Shown in pieces: positions 1 to 9,000 of a DNA stretch of 40,255 bases. Positions within the stretch are counted from its first letter, which is position 1. Each line of letters opens with the position of its first letter. Origin of the DNA: a virus. Its lineage: Duplodnaviria > Caudoviricetes. The position numbers and the translations under genes are program-made. The stretch covers positions 1 to 40,255 of the IMG/VR virus record IMGVR_UViG_3300049924_000058. One strand, 5' to 3'. A model generated the notes under the pieces. The model made no database searches and was not told the origin of the DNA. It saw only the letters and a list, made by a program, of their open reading frames with translations.

Positions 1-654
1 TGGCTGAAAGATTGCTACTTAGAACTGCGTAAGTTCGACAGAATCTATTCCAAAGCCAAAGGCTTCCCTATCTCTATCAAACTCACGACTGTAAAGCCAT
101 CTGGAACGCTATCCTTGCTACCAGGTGTAACCCCAGGCGTGCATCCAGCTTACGCTCACTACATGATACGTAGAATACGCGTAGCAAGTAACTCACCTAT
201 CGTAGATGTATGTCGCAGACACGGCTATAAAGTAGAACCTCAGATTAGGTTCGACGGAACACCGGACCATTCGACAATGGTAGTAGAGTTTCCATTCAGC
301 TATCCAAAAGAAGCAGTCGTAGCTAAAGATGTATCAGCTATCGACCAGCTAGAGTTCGTAAGAAGACTACAAGCTGAGTGGAGTGACAACGCAGTAAGCT
401 GTACAGTGTATTACAAAAAAGAAGAACTTCCAGAAATCAAGGAGTACTTAACCAAGTACTACAACGACAACTTCAAGTCCATCTCTTTCCTACTGCACAG
501 CGAGCACGGCTTTATCCAAGCCCCTTATGAAGAAATCTCTAAAGAGGAATGGGAACGTATCACTGCCGAGAGTACTGTAATAACAAGTGTAACTGGAGAG
601 TTAAGCTTTGAAAGCGACGACGAATGCGCGACCGGAGTTTGCCCTATTAAGTGA
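1..654 (+). CDS. nrdJ: Class II (adenosylcobalamin-dependent) ribonucleotide reductase, C-terminal part (5'-truncated by the window edge)
   Basis: Frame is open from base 1 (WLKDCYLELRKFD...). It has the RNR motifs TTVKPSGTLSLL and WSDNAVSCTVYY, QAPYEEI, and a C-terminal redox pair ECATGVCPIK typical of monomeric class II enzymes. No nrdB follows. Confidence 0.88.
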   Translation, partial: WLKDCYLELRKFDRIYSKAKGFPISIKLTTVKPSGTLSLLPGVTPGVHPAYAHYMIRRIRVASNSPIVDVCRRHGYKVEPQIRFDGTPDHSTMVVEFPFSYPKEAVVAKDVSAIDQLEFVRRLQAEWSDNAVSCTVYYKKEELPEIKEYLTKYYNDNFKSISFLLHSEHGFIQAPYEEISKEEWERITAESTVITSVTGELSFESDDECATGVCPIK

Positions 655-820
655 TTCTGCGGAGTTAAAACCGAAGAAGTTTCGAGATAGAAAGACTCAC
701 GAACAGCGTACAAAAGAAAAACTAAAAACCGAGGACAGAGCTCATCCGGTACGAGAACCCTATAGACGGCCCCGTACAAGATGGGACTCGCTACTCGTAC
801 AAGAAGAAGATGATGACTAA
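608..820 (+). CDS. Small basic hypothetical protein with acidic tail
   Basis: Fills the RNR-exonuclease gap. TTG start with GGAG at about 595-598 inside the RNR gene; overlaps the next gene. Start is uncertain. Confidence 0.55.
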   Translation: MKATTNARPEFALLSDSAELKPKKFRDRKTHEQRTKEKLKTEDRAHPVREPYRRPRTRWDSLLVQEEDDD

Positions 821-1604
821 GTATCAACAGAAGCACTTCGACTTGGTTCCTCTCATTGACGGAGACATTCTGACCTACCGCCTAGGCTTCGCAGCCGACT
901 CGGGAGCAAAGAAAGAATCCGAAGAATGGGAAAGTCTAGATTATTTAGAATGGGCTTTGCATTTGGTAGACAACCAGATGCAGGACATTTTAGATAAGTT
1001 TGGAGGTAAAGGGGAAAGCTGGCTGTTCTTATCAGGTAAAGAGAATTACCGATTCGAAGTAGCTAAGATGAAACCCTACAAAGGCAACAGAGACCCGAAC
1101 AACAAACCCAAGTACTACAAAGAGTTGCGTGACTACATGACTCAAGAGTGGGGCGCAGTGATGTCGCAAGGAATCGAAGCCGACGATTGTCTAGGAATCA
1201 GACAATTTGCACACAATGATAAATCGACTGTTATATGCACTATAGACAAAGACCTGAATATGATACCCGGATATCATTATAACTTCGTTAAAGGAGAATT
1301 TTATGATGTCAAAATTAAAGACGCGGATATGTTCTTTCTTCGGCAGATGCTTACTGGGGACAGTACAGACAATATCCCCGGAATCAGAGGCGTTGGCCCT
1401 AAGACAAGTTTTAAACTCGTCCCAGAAGGAACAGAAACCGAAGCGGCCATACAAACGGTCGCCGAAGCCTATCGACAGTGCTACAAAGACGAGGCAACCG
1501 AAGCAGCCGAGGAAATCGCTAGACTCCTCTGGATTCAACGAAGAGAAAACGACAGACCGAAGTTCCTCGACGAAATCCAAGCGGCAATAAGTGGCCAGAT
1601 CTAG
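810..1604 (+). CDS. 5'-3' exonuclease / flap endonuclease (T7 gp6 / Pol I N-terminal-like)
   Basis: Motifs LIDGDIL, YKGNR, GIEADD, DKDL and helix-hairpin-helix GDSTDNIPGIRGVGPKT. Confidence 0.92.
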   Translation: MMTKYQQKHFDLVPLIDGDILTYRLGFAADSGAKKESEEWESLDYLEWALHLVDNQMQDILDKFGGKGESWLFLSGKENYRFEVAKMKPYKGNRDPNNKPKYYKELRDYMTQEWGAVMSQGIEADDCLGIRQFAHNDKSTVICTIDKDLNMIPGYHYNFVKGEFYDVKIKDADMFFLRQMLTGDSTDNIPGIRGVGPKTSFKLVPEGTETEAAIQTVAEAYRQCYKDEATEAAEEIARLLWIQRRENDRPKFLDEIQAAISGQI

Positions 1605-2067
1605 ATGGAAAAAGGTACACGCGACCTACACGCTGAGAAGCGGCTTTGAAAAACGCGTGGCAACTAGCCTAGATGAATTGAAAGTAACGTACACGTACGA
1701 ACTAGATAAGATTCCTTACACAATACCTGAGAGCGTCCACAAGTACGTCCCTGACTTCAGACTCTCGAACGGCGTGTATATAGAGGTAAAAGGTAATTTC
1801 GATGCTAAATCACGACAGAAGATGGCCTACGTAGTAGAGCAGAACCCTGACGTCGATGTACGTCTCGTATTTATGACCGATAACAAAATCAGCAAGTCGA
1901 GCAAGACTCGGTATTCCGATTGGTGTACCAAGCGTGGCATAGACTTTTGTGTGAGCCCGTCCGGTCAATTACCAAAAGAATGGCTAGTTGAAAACCCTAC
2001 AAGAATAACAAGAGATGTACCAAAGGAGAAAAAATGTCGCAAGACAACCAAGAAGCAACCCCTCTGA
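1591..2067 (+). CDS. T7 endonuclease I-like Holliday junction resolvase
   Basis: RSGFEKRVA...YVPDFRLSNGVYIEVKGNF PD-(D/E)xK signature and the TRYSDWC..GI tail. GTG start. Confidence 0.9.
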   Translation: MARSRWKKVHATYTLRSGFEKRVATSLDELKVTYTYELDKIPYTIPESVHKYVPDFRLSNGVYIEVKGNFDAKSRQKMAYVVEQNPDVDVRLVFMTDNKISKSSKTRYSDWCTKRGIDFCVSPSGQLPKEWLVENPTRITRDVPKEKKCRKTTKKQPL

Positions 2068-2291
2068 TTGAGGGTCAAGAATATGTAGCAACACTACGTC
2101 TAACCTCAGTTGGTGGAGAAGGTTCTCTTAAAGTAGAACTGATCAAGACTCCGGAGTCCTTCATGGAAGGAGACCCGAACGAACTGATTGAGATCCCGAT
2201 GAGTTTTCTCATCATAGATGAGATCGTTAAAGGTCTTATCGAAACAAACGACGTAGCACCAACCAAACCGAAACTATCACTAGTTCACTAA
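2034..2291 (+). CDS. Hypothetical acidic protein
   Basis: AAGGAG SD upstream of ATG; operonic packing. Confidence 0.7.
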   Translation: MSQDNQEATPLIEGQEYVATLRLTSVGGEGSLKVELIKTPESFMEGDPNELIEIPMSFLIIDEIVKGLIETNDVAPTKPKLSLVH

Positions 2292-2301
2292 GGAGAACCG
2301 A

Positions 2302-2484
2302 ATGACAAAAACAGCACGAGTAGAGCAAGCTCTACGCAAATCGCCCCTAACAGCTAAGCAAATCACAGCACGTTTCAAAGTTCCAAACGTTCGTGCAATG
2401 ATTTACGACCTGAAAAGAAAGGGAATCACAGTCCACCGTCATATGCACGGCACTTCCACTAAGTTCGCTATCGGGAGTCTGTAA
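2302..2484 (+). CDS. Small winged-helix/HTH DNA-binding protein
   Basis: AAGGAG SD; LTAKQITARF.VPNVRAMIYDLKRKGITV fits a wHTH pattern. Confidence 0.65.
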   Translation: MTKTARVEQALRKSPLTAKQITARFKVPNVRAMIYDLKRKGITVHRHMHGTSTKFAIGSL

Positions 2485-2485
2485 T

Positions 2486-2605
2486 ATGTACGGCACAGAC
2501 TTGTTAGATTTATTGGACGCAGCAGTACTAGACAAGACTGTAGATGATTTGAACGAAGAAGTAACAGAACTGGCAGCTTCAGTCGGAGAGGTAATTACCG
2601 CCTGA
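2486..2605 (+). CDS. 39-aa acidic peptide (not in the ORF track)
   Basis: MYGTDLLDLLDAAVLDKTVDDLNEEVTELAASVGEVITA*. GGGAG upstream; its TGA overlaps the next ATG (TGATG). Confidence 0.65.
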   Translation: MYGTDLLDLLDAAVLDKTVDDLNEEVTELAASVGEVITA

Positions 2606-3351
2606 TGAAACTACTATTCCTCGACATAGAAACAAGCCCTAATACGGCCCATGTCTGGGGATTGTGGCAGCAAAACGTCGGACTCTCTCAGTTAAGGGAG
2701 AGTTCGCGCGTCATGTGTTGGTCGGCAATGTGGGCAGGAGCAGACGAAGTTTACTTCAGCTCCGAACATAACGCCTCCCATAAGAACATGATTAAAGCTG
2801 CTCACGAGCTCCTAGATGAAGCAGATGCAGTTTGTCACTACAACGGGAAAAAGTTTGATATTCCTACCCTAAACAAAGAATTTCTAAAACACGGATTGCT
2901 ACCACCCTCTCCGTATAAACAGATTGACTTGCTAAGAGTAGCTAGATCTCAGTTCCGATTCCCCAGCAACAAGTTAGACTACGTTGCACAGCAACTAGGC
3001 TTAGGCAAGAAAGTATCCCACGAGGGACACGAACTCTGGCTTAAGTGTATGGCTGGTGATGACGAAGCCTGGGCTAAAATGGAAGAGTACAACATTAACG
3101 ACGTTCTACTCCTAGAAAAAGTATACGACCGACTGCTACCGTGGATTACAAATCACCCTAACATGTCGTATATCAAAAGAGACTATGTATGCCCTACTTG
3201 CGGAGGAGACCACTATCAACATCGTGGTTTCAGAACAACCGCTACAGGAACCTACAAACGTCTTCAGTGTAATGATTGCGGTACCTGGTTCTCCGATAAC
3301 AACATTATCGAAAAAACAGAACCTAGTCTCAGAACAGCCCGTATGAGTTAA
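2605..3351 (+). CDS. RNase H-fold DEDD 3'-5' exonuclease (RNase_H_2/YprB-like) with C-terminal zinc ribbon
   Basis: ExoI FLDIET, ExoII HYNGKKFDIP, ExoIII YNINDV; CPTC...CNDC. Confidence 0.88.
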   Translation: MKLLFLDIETSPNTAHVWGLWQQNVGLSQLRESSRVMCWSAMWAGADEVYFSSEHNASHKNMIKAAHELLDEADAVCHYNGKKFDIPTLNKEFLKHGLLPPSPYKQIDLLRVARSQFRFPSNKLDYVAQQLGLGKKVSHEGHELWLKCMAGDDEAWAKMEEYNINDVLLLEKVYDRLLPWITNHPNMSYIKRDYVCPTCGGDHYQHRGFRTTATGTYKRLQCNDCGTWFSDNNIIEKTEPSLRTARMS

Positions 3352-3431
3352 AGAAAAACCAGAGTGCTTCTGCAGATACGTAGCCGACCCGACGGTGAAA
3401 AGCACATCGGGACTAATTTAAGGAATTATAC

Positions 3432-3620
3432 ATGAGCGGCAAAGGCTCAAGAGAACGGCGTAAAGACGCAGTAAACAAAGCAAAAAAAGCTGTTTACGCA
3501 GCAAACGGAGTAGCACACCTAATAGTCAATCCATTCGACGATGAACGATGTTACCGAATATTTAACGAATACGTAAGCCAATGGTTAAATATCTACTGGA
3601 GGCACGAAAATAATGTTTAG
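3432..3620 (+). CDS. Hypothetical protein
   Basis: TAAGGA SD; overlaps the next gene. Confidence 0.6.
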   Translation: MSGKGSRERRKDAVNKAKKAVYAANGVAHLIVNPFDDERCYRIFNEYVSQWLNIYWRHENNV

Positions 3621-3816
3621 TTACGTAGCAAAATGTAAATACCCTGGACATGAAGACTTTTACTTTTTCACAAGAGAAATGGTAATAGACGACTTCAATA
3701 ATGTTCAGGATGTACTCAAGGATGAAGTACGAAAGCAGTGGAAGAAAGTATCTCCGCACACTCCTCCAGAGATCATAGAAATTCTGGCTGGCTTAATAAC
3801 ACTAGAAAGACAATAA
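3613..3816 (+). CDS. Hypothetical protein
   Basis: GGAGG SD; stops 1 nt before thyX. Confidence 0.65.
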   Translation: MFSYVAKCKYPGHEDFYFFTREMVIDDFNNVQDVLKDEVRKQWKKVSPHTPPEIIEILAGLITLERQ

Positions 3817-3817
3817 T

Positions 3818-4474
3818 ATGCAAACAGTAAGAACAATTGCAGTATCCAAGCCCGTCATTGACGGCCTGGCTTCGCCCGGCGACCTGGTGGCTTACGCCGC
3901 TCGGGTCTCTAACCCCACGAACCAGATGAATACGGAGACGTCACCCAGACTGCTAGCCTATCTGGCTAGGAACGCTCACTGGTCGCCATTTGAGATGGCG
4001 TCTCTGACGATGGAAATAACCACAACCCGAGACATTGCTCGACAAATCCTCAGACATAGAAGCTTCGCTTTCCAGGAGTTTTCTCAGCGTTACGCCGAAA
4101 CTGACGATACGATTATACACAGAGACTGTCGTCTCCAACACCCGACTAACCGCCAGGCCTCTCTGGAAGGCGCTAGTGACGAGAATATCTCTTGGTTCCA
4201 AGAGATGCAAGACGCGGTACAGCACATCACATCTATGGCCTACAAAGAGGCCCTAGAACGCGGAGTTGCTAAAGAACAGGCACGAGTCTTTCTACCAGAA
4301 GGACTAACAAAGTCTGTGATGTACATGGCGGGCTCAGTACGATCCTGGATTCACTACATCCAGATCAGAGCTGATGTGGCTACTCAAAAGGAACACAGGG
4401 AGATTGCACAGCTAGCTAGGCTAGAACTGCTCAAATACTTCCCTGAACTCGGAGACGTAATAGATGTTAAGTGA
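3818..4474 (+). CDS. thyX: Flavin-dependent thymidylate synthase ThyX
   Basis: HWSPFE, signature RHRSFAFQEFSQRY, EQAR..LP, TQKEHR. Confidence 0.96.
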   Translation: MQTVRTIAVSKPVIDGLASPGDLVAYAARVSNPTNQMNTETSPRLLAYLARNAHWSPFEMASLTMEITTTRDIARQILRHRSFAFQEFSQRYAETDDTIIHRDCRLQHPTNRQASLEGASDENISWFQEMQDAVQHITSMAYKEALERGVAKEQARVFLPEGLTKSVMYMAGSVRSWIHYIQIRADVATQKEHREIAQLARLELLKYFPELGDVIDVK

Positions 4475-4688
4475 AAAAGCATTGCACGAAGCCGAAGAGT
4501 TCGTTTGGGATAAACTAGAAACAGAAAAGTTTCAAACACACGACGACTGGATTACCTGGTCTTATGAAGGAGTTAGTTACGACATTAACATCTTCTTAGA
4601 TTTCTACACAGGCAAGATGGGAGCTACTATCTATCCTCTAAAAGACAATAGAACTACGGATACCCTCAAAGGCGTAAGAATTCTATGA
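4464..4688 (+). CDS. Hypothetical protein
   Basis: GGAG SD; overlaps the thyX stop. Confidence 0.65.
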   Translation: MLSEKALHEAEEFVWDKLETEKFQTHDDWITWSYEGVSYDINIFLDFYTGKMGATIYPLKDNRTTDTLKGVRIL

Positions 4689-4822
4689 AAACCAGTATAC
4701 CAGGGTACATCCTGTGTATCACGTATTATTTATTAGGCTTTGGGTGGCATTTGTATTCCCCTTACGACGAGAAGAAAGTATGTTTAATATGCTATAAAGA
4801 AAAACAAGAAAGCCCCAATTAA
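4685..4822 (+). CDS. 45-aa single-pass membrane peptide (not in the ORF track)
   Basis: ATGA overlap with the previous gene. MKTSIPGYILCITYYLLGFGWHLYSPYDEKKVCLICYKEKQESPN*; the stop lies in the terminator loop. Confidence 0.55.
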   Translation: MKTSIPGYILCITYYLLGFGWHLYSPYDEKKVCLICYKEKQESPN

Positions 4823-4833
4823 GGGGCTTTTTT
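4809..4833. terminator. Bidirectional rho-independent terminator separating the two genome arms
   Basis: AAAGCCCC-AATTAA-GGGGCTTT followed by a T run on +, with an A-rich run upstream (T-rich on -). Lies exactly where the + and - genes converge. Confidence 0.85.
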
Positions 4834-4864
4834 ATATATACGTACTTGGGATAACTATGCTGAC

Positions 4865-5500
4865 TCAGAAGGGATTGTCAGGCGGACCTTCTCCACCGGG
4901 ATCTCCTCCTCCACCAACGCCTCCGCCTCCCCCGCCTCCAGCGGGTTCAGTGTGGGTAATGACCGTAGGACCAGTATCGGAACAGTCTGCCCACCATGTA
5001 ACAAGATTATTGTTCTGATCTTTCAGAGTAATCTTAAACAAAGCTCTACGAGTAGCCGTACTGTCTTCAGCATACCATTTCCTTATGGTAGAGCCTGGGT
5101 ACAAAGTAAGCCACGTATCTGTAGCCGAGTTAGGAGCCATCTCAGTATCACCGCTCACTGCATCTACGTAGACTTGAACAGTATCACCACCTATAAAAGT
5201 AGCTGCAGGTTTCTTCCACGGACCTAGAGTGACGGACACCGCACCGCTCGAGGTGGACGCAGAACGAACCAGGTAAGCATCAGCCCCTGCAGTGCTAGGG
5301 AATAGTACCTGACCAGCTGCGCCAGCGTACGTGCCCTCTGGTGGAGCCTGTATCTTGATAGAGTTAGCATCCCAGTAGTATGGCCACGTAGCACCGCTCT
5401 TAAAGCGGCCAGTAGTGACGTACTGCCACACTCCAGCCACCCGTCTCTTATAGATGACGACGTTAGTCCATACTCCTGCCTTTTTAAACTTAAAAGTCAT
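4865..5500 (-). CDS. Putative tail-tip/adhesin protein with Gly/Pro-rich C-terminal tail
   Basis: Three N-terminal K/R-x-x-G-x-W repeats of the kind seen at fibre tips; ends PAGGGGGGGVGGGGDPGGEGPPDNPF; last gene of the late operon. Confidence 0.55.
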   Translation of the reverse strand: MTFKFKKAGVWTNVVIYKRRVAGVWQYVTTGRFKSGATWPYYWDANSIKIQAPPEGTYAGAAGQVLFPSTAGADAYLVRSASTSSGAVSVTLGPWKKPAATFIGGDTVQVYVDAVSGDTEMAPNSATDTWLTLYPGSTIRKWYAEDSTATRRALFKITLKDQNNNLVTWWADCSDTGPTVITHTEPAGGGGGGGVGGGGDPGGEGPPDNPF

Positions 5501-5503
5501 TAT

Positions 5504-6058
5504 TTAGCCCCAGATCCAGATATCGCCGTCTTCAGACTCAGTGCCTGTAGGCTCTGTAGCCTGTATGAACGTACGGGGTACCCGGACCTCTGCTGACGCA
5601 TTGGCATTAGGTTGATACCAGTTCTTACCAGTAAATCTAGCCATCTTAAAGACGGTAGCCCCTACCTTGGAATAAATCGAGTAGCTCTTATCGGTAGAAA
5701 TAAACGGACCAGCAATAGAATCAGATACGTTTGTAGTATAGCCGATAAGATTGTTCGTATCATTTGTTAGCTTAAGCCTCGCTGATGTAGGGTCTGCGTT
5801 GTTAGTAATTTGACTGCCGGAATCTGCCGTAAGATTCCACACGAAAGTACCGGTACCTAGTACCGAACCGTTCTTGTAAAAATCTCCGCCACCAGCCGAA
5901 ATAAGGCTGTTGTCAATCATATAGGTAGCTTGCCACGCAGCAAACTGAGCCCAAGTCATCTTACGTGTAGTGCCATCCCCTATCTGCCACAACGATAGCA
6001 GATTAGTGCTAGCGTCAGTAGTTTTAGCGTCCAGCTCACTGATTAGTTTATTTGCCAC
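5504..6058 (-). CDS. Putative short tail fibre/spike protein
   Basis: N-terminal K.ISEL motif and C-terminal FIQATEPT...DGDIWI motif, both common in phage fibre proteins. AAGGAG SD with GTG start. Confidence 0.6.
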   Translation of the reverse strand: MANKLISELDAKTTDASTNLLSLWQIGDGTTRKMTWAQFAAWQATYMIDNSLISAGGGDFYKNGSVLGTGTFVWNLTADSGSQITNNADPTSARLKLTNDTNNLIGYTTNVSDSIAGPFISTDKSYSIYSKVGATVFKMARFTGKNWYQPNANASAEVRVPRTFIQATEPTGTESEDGDIWIWG

Positions 6059-6068
6059 TCACTTCTCC

Positions 6069-9000
6069 TTAATCGTCAGTATCTTTGCGGTACACAGAAG
6101 GGGCTTTAGCGTTGATGCTCTCGGCTCCTGTAGGGTACTCACCTTCATTTAAATCGTCTACGTCTGTCATAATAGCATAGCCTTCACCAGCCACTACAGT
6201 ACCGAGGTCCTTACCATCCTTAGTTATAACTCTTGCTACTATACGGCCTTTATGGGTACCGTACTGGATGATTCTTACTTGGTCGTCCTTAAGCAGCTTC
6301 TTGATGTAAGCAGCTCCCTCTTGACCTATAGCCACAGTACCGTTGTCTATCTTCTGAGATAGTTCAAAAGCGTCTATGTTCTGGAGTCTTACTTTGAAAG
6401 TCCTGCCATTAGCATCAGTGACGTGAATAGTATCAGCGTCGTGGGCTCCGGTGACTCTAGCAGTAAACTCTTTTATTGGCTTAGGCTGTCCGAATAGAAC
6501 ATCTTCCATAGAAGCTTTATTTCTATTGGCTATGGCATGTTGACCTGCGTCTTCTCTACGACCAGGGCCTAGTTTGCCTAACGGAGAGATAGTTGTAGTG
6601 TCTAACAAGCCCTTCTTATTAGCCTTATAGAAGTCAGGAGCAGCGCCCTCTACGAAAGCTTTCTTGTGCTCTACAGCCTCTTTGTCTTTCAAGTCAGCGC
6701 CTTTAAGCACGCCAGCAGTCTTATCTCTAAGCTCTCCGAGACCTGTGTCATCTTTGATACCATCTAGGAACTCTTTCTTAGTCATCTTAGATGCTTTATA
6801 AGAGGCCATAGTGGTGTTATAGAAGTCTAGGTGCTTCATCTTGATACGATCAAGCATAGGCTCCATCTCTTCTGTCATCTGAGAGATGTTCATAGAATAG
6901 TCAGCAGCTATCTGGTCCTTCATAAACTTATGCAGGGTATTAGCTTCTGGGTCGTTCTTATTCTGAAGAGCAGATACGGCACCCCACTGTACATTCTGAA
7001 TACGCTTGAATGGGTCTATCTCAGTCATACCGAAGATATGGAACATAAAGCCCATAGTATTATCAGGGGTAGGATCTCCACCGAACTTATTAACGCTGTT
7101 GATAGCCTTGAGCAGACCAGCATTAGTGATTCTATCCCAAGTGTTGTCGAGAGTCTTACCCTCAAGTGCCATATCAGCCAAGAAACCGCTAGGCCATGTG
7201 TCTTTAAGTACAGTCAGGACATCTTCTCTAGCTCCAGGACTCAGAGCAGCGATAGCGCGCTTAATTAGAGTGTCAGCCACATCCAAAGGATGTACAATCA
7301 TCTTTAGATTGCTGTAAATGGGTGTACCAGCTTCAGACATACCAATGAAGACCATAAAGTTAGGATCTTCACTAGGCATAAAGTTCTGTTCAGCCATCCG
7401 CTTCAACTTCTTCTCTTCATCTTTCAGCTCTTCCTCTGGGAACTCCAGACCAGCTCTTAACAGAGTCATTAGGCCATAGATAGCAGCCCACTGAGCAGCC
7501 GTGCGAGCTAATACACTTGTCAAATGCAGAGAAGATGCAGCTAGTGCGTCTCCGTTACCTGCAGACTTAGCTTCTTTAATCATACTGGCAGCATCAGCCA
7601 CGTTTTGTGTAAGGCCGACAGTGGAAGCATACAAGGTCTGGTAGGTAAAGCCTAAGAACATAGACAAGCCTATTCTGTCAAAGAATTTAAGACCTATAGG
7701 CATGCCTTTGGCGCTCGGGAACTCCCTACGCACCTTATTACCCGCCTCAGCTGCAGTCAAAGGAGCCTGTCCCATAGCAGATTTATACTTATTTATCTCT
7801 TTACGGGTCTGTAAAACAGCAGCTATCTTAGGAATAGCCTCGACGAAGGTCCACGCAGCTATCACATTAGCCTTAGCGAGCTCAGTAGCCTGTCCAGCTT
7901 TGTCTAGGGAGCTCGTAGCTCCTCCTAGGAGCCTCTGGGCTGCGTCGAAGTCTTCAGTCTTACTCTCTACGCCTATCTCAGCAAACATGGCGCTGTCGAT
8001 GACCTCAGAGGCCATGATATACATGTAATCCTCAAACAACGGATCTGTAGGGTCGATAGGAGCACCAGCCCTGTTCGCAAGCCACATTTTAGAGATAGTA
8101 GTAGCATCTTTGATAATCTTGCCGCTAAAAGTAGCCTTTAGTCCGAAACTAAGCGCACCAACGCCGACGGCGGCCCACAATTTACCTGCTGTAAAGACAG
8201 ACCACATCTTAAAGTAGCCCACAAATTTAGCAAAGGTATTGAGTCCTTTGACTGCAATAGCATTAGTAAATGATTTAGCGTCATCCGCCAGAGCGGCTTG
8301 AATAGCCGTCTCTACTGGATCTCTAGTAGCCATGTTCTTGAGCACGTACTCAAAGTCCTTGTGGACTACCATGTTGGAATAGGTACTGGAGATACGAGAC
8401 AGTGGGGCCCTGACATATAGACTTTCCTGCCCTGCAGGAATCTGGTCTAGGGGGACTAGCACGCCTTGTCTGTGCAGAGCTTCTAGCATAGACAGACCGT
8501 TAATCATATTGATTTGATTCTCTACAGACTCAGAAACCCTACGACCGTAATCGTGCATCTCTCCGAGCAGATCTCTGAAAGGCTTATTCTCTGGGCCTTC
8601 TAGGACCTTAGCTTCTAAAGCTCCTGCTCCTAGACTGGTCTTACTGGTGTCGAGGGTGATACCAGAGTCTATGACCTTGCTATCCTTGAACCAGGACTCT
8701 AGGGCTAGCAGTGCAGCGTTGCGCTTCTGTTCCGAGTTAAGATTATCCCAACCGTCAGGACGGCTAGACGAGAATGCTGTAGCTGTTCCGTTCTCCCACG
8801 AGTCTACGACAGCACTAACGGCTGTGTCTACTAGAGCTATGGTCTGGATAGAGGTCTTGGTCATAAAACCAGCCAGACCGGTGTATGGGCGAGCAAAGCC
8901 TCTAGGATCGCTCTTAGCTGAGTCGATAGCTACCTTAATAGCCTTCTCCCAGACCTGAGCCGAGGATATAGAGAACTTGTGATACGTCTGGTACAGGTAA

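Noticed and set aside
115-654. RNR as a complete 179-aa gene starting at 115
   Set aside because: The frame is open to the window edge and conserved motifs lie upstream of 115; it is a truncated view, not a mini-gene or pseudogene.
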